Assembly (NCBI GenBank): GCA_965226375.1
Contig: CBDDCX010000007.1
Span: 384,001 to 448,000, forward strand
Reading direction: 5' to 3'
Length of the DNA stretch: 64,000 nucleotides
Source: Longimicrobiales bacterium
GTDB lineage: Bacteria; Gemmatimonadota; Gemmatimonadetes; Longimicrobiales; Gaopeijiaceae
Part shown: piece by piece, positions 30,373 through 39,174 of the stretch
How positions within the stretch are numbered: the stretch's first letter is position 1
Layout: each line of letters begins with the position of its first letter
The notes under the pieces: generated by a model
Database searches by the model: none
The model's input: the letters and a program-made list of their open reading frames with translations, nothing else
Told to the model about the DNA's origin: nothing
Program-made: the position numbers and the translations under genes

Positions 30373-31283
30373 CGGAGCAGGCGGCCCGGGCCGATTCCGG
30401 GAACGAGATCAAGCGTATCGGAGTCCTCGGACGCTCGGCGCACGAGGACGTGCCTGGCTGTGTCCATCGGTTAGCCCAGTTCGCAGCACAACACCACCTC
30501 GCTGTCTGCTATGAAGAGCACCTCCTGCCCGACGCCCCGGAGGGGGCAACGGCGTTGGATCTCGACGACGATGCGGTCGACTTTCTCATCGCTTTCGGGG
30601 GGGACGGTACGCTCCTGAGGGCCGGGCGCATGGCCGCCGGACGGGATATTCCCGTGCTCGGCATCAACGTGGGTCACCTCGGCTTCCTCACGGCGCTTCC
30701 CCATCTCGAGATGGAGGATCGCCTCGGCCGCATCCTCGATGGTGAGTACGTTCTGGACCGGCGATTCATGGTGCAGGCGCGACTGATTCACGACGACGGG
30801 TCGCAAGGTGACCTCCTCTTGGCTTGGAACGACTTCGTGATCCACAAGAGAGGGGTCGCCCGGGTCACACGGTTGGGTCTACGGGTCAGCGAAGGGGGAA
30901 ACTCGCAGGAGGTGGGCAGTTTCTCCGGAGATGGGCTCATCGTGTCGACCCCCACAGGGTCCACGGCCTACTCCCTTTCAGCGGGCGGGCCGATCGTCGT
31001 CCCGTCCGTGGACTGCCTGATCGTTACACCGATCTGCCCGCACACTCTCGCAGTGCGCCCACTGGTGCTTCCCGGGAGCCAGGTCTTGGAGGTCAGTCCT
31101 CTGGAGCACACGGACGACCTGGTCTTGACGGCCGACGGACAGGTGGCCTACGAACTCGATATGGGCGTCGAGGTCCAGATCACACGCTCGCAGGTGGAAA
31201 TCCCCTTGGTCCGGTTCTCGGACCAGAACTTCTTCGGCACCCTGCAGGCCAAGCTCAACTGGGCGGCTCGCCCCTCGGGCTGA
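30369..31283 (+). CDS. nadK: NAD(+) kinase
   Basis: GGDGTLL, GINVGHLGFL, DGLIVSTPTGSTAYSLSAGGP. Confidence 0.96.
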   Translation: MTEQAARADSGNEIKRIGVLGRSAHEDVPGCVHRLAQFAAQHHLAVCYEEHLLPDAPEGATALDLDDDAVDFLIAFGGDGTLLRAGRMAAGRDIPVLGINVGHLGFLTALPHLEMEDRLGRILDGEYVLDRRFMVQARLIHDDGSQGDLLLAWNDFVIHKRGVARVTRLGLRVSEGGNSQEVGSFSGDGLIVSTPTGSTAYSLSAGGPIVVPSVDCLIVTPICPHTLAVRPLVLPGSQVLEVSPLEHTDDLVLTADGQVAYELDMGVEVQITRSQVEIPLVRFSDQNFFGTLQAKLNWAARPSG

Positions 31284-31352
31284 GAGGTGGTCCGCACTAC
31301 GCGTCCCCAACTCCCATTGAGAAGGCCCGATGTGCCCTAGTAGATTGCGATC

Positions 31353-33014
31353 ATGCTGATCGAGCTCCGTGTCCGCGATTACGCCGTCATCCATGATCTC
31401 TCCCTGGAGTTGGGTCCCGGTCTGAGCGCGCTCTCAGGTGAGACCGGGGCGGGAAAGTCGATCATTGTCGGTGCCCTCTCGCTGCTGTTGGGCGAACGAG
31501 CGTCGAGCGGAACCGTGCGCGTCGGGGCGGAGCGGGCCCTGGTCGAGGCTGTCTTCGACGTCTCGGAGCGACCCGAAATCCTGTCGCGTCTGGCCGAGCT
31601 CGGCCATGAGGTCGAGGACGGCCTGCTCATCCTCCGGAGGGAAGTAGCCGCCGAGGGAAGGAATCGCGCCTGGATGAACGGTTCCCCCACAACGGCGCGA
31701 GTCGTGGGCGAGCTCGGAAGGACGCTCGTCGATCTCCACGGGCAACACGAGCACCAGACGCTCCTGAGACGGGAGGCGCAACGTAACATCCTCGATGCTT
31801 TCGGTGGCGCAGAGGATGCCGCCACGGAAGTGTCCGAAGCGTTCGAGGCCCTCGCTGGTCTCGAGGCGAGACTCGCGGAGCTCAAGGAGCGACGTAGGGA
31901 GCTCGAGAGCCGCGCGGATTTTCTCCGGTTTCAACTCACCGAGATCGAAGAGGGCCGGGTCGAGATCGGGGAAGACGTGGCCTTTGAAGACGAGTTGGGT
32001 CGGCTGGAACACTCCGAGGAATTACTTCGGGAGGCTGATGCGATCCACACCGAGCTCTACGGTGCGGACGGGGCCATCACAGACCGTGTCTCGCGGCTGC
32101 TCGGCTCCCTCTCCCGCATGAAGGAATGGGATCCGTCGCTTCAGACCCGCCACGACGCTCTTGAGGAAGCCTATCACTCCTTGGCCGACGTGGGGCGTGA
32201 GCTGGGTGATTACGCCGGTAACATCCTACACGACCCCGGCCGCCTGGAGGAAGTGCGGGAGCGACTAGACCTGATACACCGCTTGAAGCGCAAATACGGT
32301 CCGGAACTGGCCGATGTGGTCGAGACGCGTGCGCGCTTGAGCGGTGAGTTGAACGAGCTCGAGGGAGCCGGATGGGATGAGGAGGCCCTTCAGCGGGAGG
32401 TCGACGAGGCCGGTGCGTCTTTGGCGGACTCCGCTGAGGAGCTGACGGCCAGGCGACAGCAGGCTGCTCGTCGGCTCGAGACTGAGGTCGAGGCCCTTTT
32501 GCCGGATCTGGGTCTCCCCGGTGCGACCTTCCAGGTGCCGCTCGAGGGCCTGCCCTCCGTGGGAAGACATGGAGCCGAACGGGTGGAGTTTCTCGTTTCG
32601 GTCAACGCAGGATTCGCGCCCCTGGCCCTGGGCCAGGTGGCCAGCGGGGGTGAACTCTCGAGGGTCATGCTGGCCCTCAAGGCCATTCTGGCTCGGGTAG
32701 ATGAGGTGCCGACTCTGGTTTTCGACGAGATCGATGCCGGCATCGGTGGCCAGGTAGCTACCCTGGTTGCCGCCAAGCTCAAGGAGGTCGCCCGGTACCA
32801 TCAGGTGTTCGTAATCACCCACCTACCTCAGTTGGCCTCGCGCGCCCGCAGCCATCTTCTTGTCGAGAAGAGGGAACGGGATGGACTGGCGGCTACGAGC
32901 GTCGATGCGCTGCAGGGCGAGGCGAGGGTGAGGGAGATCGCAAGAATGCTCGGAGGTGATCCGGAGTCGGAGACATCGCGCGTACATGCTCGCGAGCTCC
33001 TGGTGACCGGCTGA
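31353..33014 (+). CDS. recN: DNA repair protein RecN
   Basis: GETGAGKS, ASGGELSRVMLALK, FDEIDAGIGG, ITHLPQLA. Confidence 0.97.
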   Translation: MLIELRVRDYAVIHDLSLELGPGLSALSGETGAGKSIIVGALSLLLGERASSGTVRVGAERALVEAVFDVSERPEILSRLAELGHEVEDGLLILRREVAAEGRNRAWMNGSPTTARVVGELGRTLVDLHGQHEHQTLLRREAQRNILDAFGGAEDAATEVSEAFEALAGLEARLAELKERRRELESRADFLRFQLTEIEEGRVEIGEDVAFEDELGRLEHSEELLREADAIHTELYGADGAITDRVSRLLGSLSRMKEWDPSLQTRHDALEEAYHSLADVGRELGDYAGNILHDPGRLEEVRERLDLIHRLKRKYGPELADVVETRARLSGELNELEGAGWDEEALQREVDEAGASLADSAEELTARRQQAARRLETEVEALLPDLGLPGATFQVPLEGLPSVGRHGAERVEFLVSVNAGFAPLALGQVASGGELSRVMLALKAILARVDEVPTLVFDEIDAGIGGQVATLVAAKLKEVARYHQVFVITHLPQLASRARSHLLVEKRERDGLAATSVDALQGEARVREIARMLGGDPESETSRVHARELLVTG

Positions 33015-33023
33015 GTACAACTC

Positions 33024-34664
33024 TCAGTTCCAAATCCCTTTGAAGAACCGGAGCCCGAACTCGAAACGCTCGATCTTGGGGGTCAAGCCTCCGCTGCCCG
33101 AGACAGCCCTGCGAAAGAGAAAGCGTGCCTCCATCGGTCGACCTCGACCGCTCCGCACGGTGGAGTAGACCACCCCGATTCCGGTCTCGAGCACGTTCTG
33201 TTCGGTCTCCAATTCGAGTGGCCCGACATCGAATGGATTGGGCATGTTGTCGGCCGCGAGGGATTCGTAGGTGTCAGCCTTCTTGGAGTACGCCCGTACG
33301 TCTACAGCGACCGACATTTCCTCGGTGAGCTGGAAGCGGGGAGTCAAGCGGAGCTGGTAGTAGTTGCCGGGGGTCCAGCGGACCTCCTGGGTCGAGGCAA
33401 GAGTCGCGAAGACCCGGTTGGAGCCGGCGATGCGCTTCACCACGGTGGTCGCCCCGGCCACGCCATATCGTGCCTCCCCCCAGATCCCGAGACGCCCCCC
33501 GCTCAGCCCACCGAAAAAGCTCAGTTCTATGTCCTGTTGGCCGTCGCCGCTCCCCGTGTCCACGAAGTTGTCGGGCAGGTCGGTTTGCCCCGTACCAAGG
33601 CGCACCAGGCCACCCGCACCGACCAGAAAGCTCGTGCCTGAGCGCCGCTCGCCTGCCTCGTCTATGGGCGCGGAGGACCACAGCCGCACGTTGGCGTGGA
33701 CCTCTACGTCTCCAATTTCCCATGCACTGCGCCACGAGCTGAACGGAGCGCCGCCGACCCCGAACGCGGGATCCGTCACAAGGCCATCGTAGTCGTCCTC
33801 CGTGAGTAGCTGCGTGGCCACGGGGACGCGGGCCGGATAGGCGACCCCCAGCGTCTGGTGCGCGTCCATGAGCGTCTGGACGCGAGTTTGAAGGGCGGCC
33901 GCCGTTGGGGAGCCGTCCATGGGAAAGACCCCCTGGGACGCAAGCGCATCGAGAAGCGCCTGCCGAAATTCCTGCCCCTCCAGGAGCAGCGCAGAGGCCT
34001 CCACACAGCCCGATGCCGTGGGATCGGCGGAGCACAGCTCGTCCCGGATGCTCGTGAGATCCGCCTCGGCGCCGAACAGACCTCCCCAAAAGTCACTCAC
34101 GCCGCTGGGATCGCTGACCGATGGGGTAACCCCCGCGTTGGCTCCGTTTGCGTCGAAGCCCCAGGCCACCTCCGCCCGCCTGCGCGAGAACGGGACCATG
34201 CCTCCCACGCTCAGCCAGTCGAAAATCCCGACGTCGACGCGAAGCGGAAGAAAGACCACATCATGCGTAACCACCGCTCGGGTCGAGCCGATGATGAGGG
34301 GCTCCACCAGGCCACCTGTAGCCGTCGCCAGATCTTGCTCGAGGGCTTCCATTCCCGGAAACATTCTCGCGCCCACCGCCGTGTCGTTGAAGTCGAAGCC
34401 ACGAAGCTCTTCCTCTTCGATGAGCGTATCGTCCTCCAGTCGCTCCCCGAACCTCGTGTCCGAGTAGAGGTAGAGTGAACTGACCTCGAAGCGGAGTCGA
34501 CCCGGTGGGACGAGAGGCCCGGAGACCTCTTGCGCACCGGCCGATGCCGGCGTCACACCTGCGAGGAACGCCCAAAGGATGGACAGACCGAGAGCACCAA
34601 AAAAAGGGCGCTGTCGACCGGGTCCGAATTCTCCAATGGGACTGCGAACGACAGTCACCCTCAT
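33024..34664 (-). CDS. Hypothetical exported protein, probable outer-membrane beta-barrel with an inserted helical domain
   Basis: Signal-like ..LWAFLAGVTPASAGAQ; amphipathic strands and C-terminal FEFGLRFF; ATG 34664 follows a GAGGAG SD. Confidence 0.65.
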   Translation of the reverse strand: MRVTVVRSPIGEFGPGRQRPFFGALGLSILWAFLAGVTPASAGAQEVSGPLVPPGRLRFEVSSLYLYSDTRFGERLEDDTLIEEEELRGFDFNDTAVGARMFPGMEALEQDLATATGGLVEPLIIGSTRAVVTHDVVFLPLRVDVGIFDWLSVGGMVPFSRRRAEVAWGFDANGANAGVTPSVSDPSGVSDFWGGLFGAEADLTSIRDELCSADPTASGCVEASALLLEGQEFRQALLDALASQGVFPMDGSPTAAALQTRVQTLMDAHQTLGVAYPARVPVATQLLTEDDYDGLVTDPAFGVGGAPFSSWRSAWEIGDVEVHANVRLWSSAPIDEAGERRSGTSFLVGAGGLVRLGTGQTDLPDNFVDTGSGDGQQDIELSFFGGLSGGRLGIWGEARYGVAGATTVVKRIAGSNRVFATLASTQEVRWTPGNYYQLRLTPRFQLTEEMSVAVDVRAYSKKADTYESLAADNMPNPFDVGPLELETEQNVLETGIGVVYSTVRSGRGRPMEARFLFRRAVSGSGGLTPKIERFEFGLRFFKGIWN

Positions 34665-34768
34665 GCGGTGCAAGCACTCCTCGATATGGTGTAACCTCGA
34701 CACGGGAACGGCCTCGAAGGGCACGGTCACAATGGGGCGACTCATTGGACAAGTCACCCCATGGGAAC

Positions 34769-34797
34769 TTGACACTTTTTGGCGCCATGTCTAGCTT
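34769..34797 (+). promoter_or_regulatory. Sigma70-type promoter for the tRNA pair
   Basis: TTGACA-17 nt-TAGCTT. Confidence 0.75.
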
Positions 34798-34869
34798 TCG
34801 GCGCACAAATGAAGGGTGCTTTGGAAACGATCTCCGCGAGTGCGGGTAGTCCAAAGCACCTTTTTCCTT

Positions 34870-34942
<73 letters not shown>

Positions 34943-34991
34943 CTTGGAAAAGGGGCTTTCCGTCCACCGGACGTGGGCCCCTTTTCGTTTA

Positions 34992-35063
34992 GGCGCCGTA
35001 GCCAAGTGGTAAGGCAGTGGCCTGCAAAGCCTCTATTCCCCGGTTCGAATCCGGGCGGCGCCT
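34992..35063 (+). tRNA. tRNA-Cys (GCA)
   Basis: GGCGCCG/CGGCGCC acceptor, CTGCAAA anticodon loop, GGTTCGAATCC T-arm, U73; CCA not encoded. Confidence 0.95.
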
Positions 35064-35272
35064 CTCCAATCGAAGACCTACCCGTCCAACGCCCGGGTTC
35101 GAACCGCTACGGTTCGAGCCGAGGCGCCGAACCGTGCTCCCGCAGTGCGGCCACCGTGTTCTCCGCCGAGACGACGTCGCGAAGCGACGTCAATCGGGGC
35201 GGCGCCCGCTCCCACCTCCTACCCAGGAGGCATGAAGCCCGACCGCTCCTCGCCCGGAGTCCATCAGCCATG

Positions 35273-36004
35273 TCAATCCCTGGGGCGGTACCGCAGGCCG
35301 ATCCCTGCGCCCCAATCCTTATGCTCTTCTCCGGGGAACCAGCTGCCGGCGATCAGCGCATCCAAGCTCTGGCTCAGCGGAAACTTCAACTCCCCGAAAG
35401 GACCCCCGTTATCCCCGTCCGACAGATCCAACGCTCGCCCGGCGGAGAATCCGAAGAAGCCGCTCGTACGCTCACCCCGAAATCCGAATCCTCCTCGGAG
35501 CAGACCTGTGGCACCTGGAATCGGGCTCGGTGCGAAGAAATCAGTCTGGAAGAAGCCCCCCTCTCGATCTCCAAAGCGCAGATACAGAGAAGCCACCGTC
35601 TGATTCCCGGGTATTCGAACTGGGCCTGCACCAAGACCGATCCAGCCACCCTCATAGGCTACCAAAGCCCCCGCGTACAGTCCCCCCTGTTCGGTGGGCT
35701 CCCCCGTCACCGAGGTCGCCCCACCGAATCCCGCCACTCGGAAGGGGGACTCCGCCGGCTCGAACTCGAGGAGGACTCCGCCCGTACGGACCGGCACCGG
35801 GCGTGAGGAGAGAAAATCACCGGAGCAGCTGCGTGTGACTACTTCATACTGTCCGGCGCTCGCACCTATCGAAACCTCGAGGCCACCTCTCCCATCTGCC
35901 TGGACGAGGACCGGCGGTGCGAACGCCCACAGCCCAATGACCGTCCGGCCACGCGTCCTTTTGAATACAGACGCGTTAGGCAGCCTGCTGTTCGACACTA
36001 ACAT
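35273..36004 (-). CDS. Hypothetical exported Gly/aromatic-rich beta-strand protein
   Basis: 243-aa ORF with AGGAGAGGAG SD, signal-like N-terminus, C-terminal WGAGIGLRY strand. Confidence 0.65.
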   Translation of the reverse strand: MLVSNSRLPNASVFKRTRGRTVIGLWAFAPPVLVQADGRGGLEVSIGASAGQYEVVTRSCSGDFLSSRPVPVRTGGVLLEFEPAESPFRVAGFGGATSVTGEPTEQGGLYAGALVAYEGGWIGLGAGPVRIPGNQTVASLYLRFGDREGGFFQTDFFAPSPIPGATGLLRGGFGFRGERTSGFFGFSAGRALDLSDGDNGGPFGELKFPLSQSLDALIAGSWFPGEEHKDWGAGIGLRYRPRD

Positions 36005-36270
36005 GGTTGCTCCTCTCCTGGGTCACACGGAAAGTCCGGACCGCCCTCCAAGTCGGGCTGTCACCTCGGTGCAGCCCTAAGATGCCGATTCGGAGAGATG
36101 GATTCGTTACGTCGGATGACGTAGGGGACGCACCAGGACTACGTAGGTGCCAGCCTCACTCGAGAGCACCGGCTCGCGCACTTCTCTCGCGGTCCACAAC
36201 TTGATCCCGCAGTACATTTCCGAATCCCACGCGTTAGGTGGCCTGACTCACATTCTGCAGATCGAAATCC

Positions 36271-36834
36271 TTGACTCTTTTTGAGTATCTGGCGGTCTTC
36301 CTCTCGATCGTCTTGTCTTTCGGAGTGATTCGCCTCCTCGATGGGCTGCCGGCCGCGGTGAGGCCGAGGCGGGTGTATGCCCTACATGTCACCTGGCTCG
36401 TGGTGGTCCTTTGGCTCCACCTCCAGTATTGGTGGGTGTTTTGGTCATACAACACGGGGGTGACGTGGACCTATCCGGCTTTTTTGCTCGCCCTGGCGTC
36501 TCCGCTACTGCTCTATTCGCTGGCCATCACGCTCGTCCCTCGCGATTCAGACGGTGTCGAGTCTTGGCGGGACCATTTCTACCGTGTCCGTGCGCGCTTC
36601 TTCTACCTGTTGGCAGCATGGATCCTGACGGTCGGCCTGGCCAACTGGCTCGTCCTCGGCCAACCGTTGTTCAACCGACTGCGTCTGGGGCAAGGCACGT
36701 TCTTTCTGCTCTGCTTGGGTGGGGCGCTGTCCAAACGAACCTGGTTTCATACGGTTTTCGCCATCCTCATAGTGCTCTCGGGTTTCGTATTCGTGACCCG
36801 TACGTTCCTTCAACCGGCCCCGCTGGGTCTGTGA
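36271..36834 (+). CDS. Hypothetical integral membrane protein (~6 TM)
   Basis: MTLFEYLAVFLSIVLSFG..., multiple hydrophobic helices. Confidence 0.75.
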   Translation: MTLFEYLAVFLSIVLSFGVIRLLDGLPAAVRPRRVYALHVTWLVVVLWLHLQYWWVFWSYNTGVTWTYPAFLLALASPLLLYSLAITLVPRDSDGVESWRDHFYRVRARFFYLLAAWILTVGLANWLVLGQPLFNRLRLGQGTFFLLCLGGALSKRTWFHTVFAILIVLSGFVFVTRTFLQPAPLGL

Positions 36835-36864
36835 GGCTTCAGTCGGTGGCGGTGGGTGGAGGTT

Positions 36865-37332
36865 CTACCTTCGCTGTCGAGATGACCAGTGAATGGCCTT
36901 GATCTTCCAGGTCCCATTCTCTCGAGCCAACACCGCGAGCTCGGCACTCCGTGAATTGATTTCACGGTCGCCCATTCGGCCCTGAGTCACGCTGGTCGAG
37001 TGAGCCCAGGCGACATCACCGACAAGGCTCACTGTGATGTCTCCTCGTTCTCGGGGCACCGCCTGAGCGAAGCGCATGTCACCGGCGAGGTGTCCTGAAC
37101 GGTAGTGCTCCTTGTCTTCGACGCCACCGCTCTCGAGGATGACTACATCATCGGCGAGATGACTCAGAGCTGTGACGGAATCGCCGGCCGCGAGCGCCTC
37201 GTGAAACGCGCTGACGACTGCGGCTGCCTGACCTTCAGGACTAAGTTGACCCTCCGCGCCGGCGAACCCGGCGAGGGTAGCGATCAACACGATGTTCAGC
37301 GCGCTCACCGTACGGTAATGCTTGGTATCCAC
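36865..37332 (-). CDS. Exported SnoaL/NTF2-like (DUF4440-type) protein
   Basis: FHEALAAGD, LADDVVILESG, GDVAWA, WKIKAIHWSSR; GTG 37332 after GGAGG. Confidence 0.8.
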   Translation of the reverse strand: MDTKHYRTVSALNIVLIATLAGFAGAEGQLSPEGQAAAVVSAFHEALAAGDSVTALSHLADDVVILESGGVEDKEHYRSGHLAGDMRFAQAVPRERGDITVSLVGDVAWAHSTSVTQGRMGDREINSRSAELAVLARENGTWKIKAIHWSSRQRR

Positions 37333-37390
37333 AGGTTCGCCCTCCGCATGCAGTTGCAAGGAAACGGGTCTGGCTCTAGCCCAAGCGGCC

Positions 37391-38954
37391 TCATGGCTTG
37401 CGGGGGATCTTCTCATCCCGCATGGCAGCGTGATACGCGAAGCTCGCCACGACGCTTGCGTTGATCATGAGATCGCGGGGCAAGAGCTTGTCAAAGGTGT
37501 CCATATTGAAGTGGTGCGTCCTGGCCCGATAGTCGATCCGGTCCTGCAAGAACTGGAAGCCAGGTAGCCCCGCTTCATTAAACGAGAGGTGATCGGTCCC
37601 CCTGTTGCTGAACCGGGACAGGGTCTCCACCCCGAGATCGTTGAACGGCCTCATCCAAGCCTCGAAGATCGGTGCGACCAGTGGATGGCCTTGCTGGTGC
37701 ACCCCCCCGGAACTGGCCGGTACCGTTATCCATGTTGAAGTAGACCGAGAACTTGTCATGGTCCGCGGTGGTTCCATCCGTCGGGTTCCCGAAGTGGTTC
37801 TTCACGTAACCCCGAGAGCCCCTGAGGCCCCCCTCCTCGTGGCTCCACAGCAGCAGCCTAATGGTGCGTCGTGGATTCGCGTCGATGGCCTTGAGAATCC
37901 GCATGGCTTCGAGCATCACGGACACGCCGCTGGCGTTATCGGTCGCTCCGGTGCCTGAATGCCAAGAGTCCAGGTGTGCGCCGATGGCCACGACTTCGTC
38001 TGCAAGGTCACTTCCTGGAATCTCTCCGATGACGTTGTATCCCCGGGGGTCGCTCTCGTCGATGGACACCTGCACATCGACCTCCATGGTCACAGGAAGG
38101 CCACGCTCGAGGATTCTGTAGATCCGGTTGTAGTGCTCGGTCGCCACTGCCAGGGTGGGGAGGGCGTTTTCGATACCGGCGCGGGTTCGGGCGTTTCGAG
38201 TGGTCGAGTGCCCGGTCGTGGACACGGTGCCGTCGCTCCCGATGCTCGCCCTCAGCACGGCCGCGACGCCCTCGGACTTGTAGAACTCTTCGATCTCCGA
38301 CGCCGAGATACCTTCAGGCCGGAAGGTGCTCTGCTCCAATTGCCCGCGGGCATGCCCTTGGATCAGGAGGTCCCTACCTTCGGTCTCGAACACTTTCAGG
38401 GACTCATCCGTGTGCCTGAACGCGTCCTGGACCATCCGCGGACCCATGGGCATGAGAGGCGTCGCCAGGACGATCGCGCCTCGGAGGCGCCCACGATACT
38501 TGTTCAGGTCCGCTTCGCTTCGAATGTCCGCGAGCACGGCGCGCTCCACGACCTTACCGCCGGTTCCGGGAGTCAGGGCGAGAGGGTACGCGATCACCAT
38601 CTGGTAGTCGGGCTCGAGCATGTGCACCGACACGCGTTCGACGTCCCATCCGGCGGTTTCATCTCCCCACGCCTCCTTCTCGATTCCGGAGAGCCCGAGT
38701 TCGCGCATTCGGTCCACCGCCCAATCCTGAGCCTGTCGCATATTCGACGATCCGGTGAGACCTGGGCCGATCACGTCGGTCAGGTAGCCCGCGAAATCCA
38801 TGACCCGGGAGTTTTCGAACGCTTCCTGCCTGATAGCTTCCGCCACCTCCCAATGGATGGACTCCTGGCTCTGCGCAGGCGACACGCACGCCGATGTGAG
38901 GGCGATGGCGGCAGTGCAGAGCGAGGCGGAAGACGAAGGATGTACGAATCGCAT
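37391..38954 (-). pseudogene. M28-family (carboxypeptidase Q-like) peptidase with a +1 frameshift in a G7 run
   Basis: GAHLDSW, GATDNASG, HEEGGLRGS, YFNMDNGTG in ORF 37578-38954; continuation GTDHLSF..THHFNMD in ORF 37391-37777. Confidence 0.85.
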
Positions 38955-39174
38955 GGAAGTAGCTCCAGTGAAGAACAGGTGAGTCGTCGAATATTTGGCT
39001 GAGGCTCGACACGGAGCAAGTAGCTGTCGAGGCCATGGGGAGCGGCATCAACTGTGGCGAATCGTGCCTCACCGACTAGCTTCTACCGCTCCCCTAGGAA
39101 AGGGGCCGACCACGCAAGGCTACTCGTAGGAGGCCCATGGCTTTCAGATCAGATTCACCGGGACCCGCCCTGGC

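Noticed and set aside
35064..39000. Integrative element inserted at tRNA-Cys
   Set aside because: No integrase, transposase or clear duplicated tRNA 3' end seen in the window
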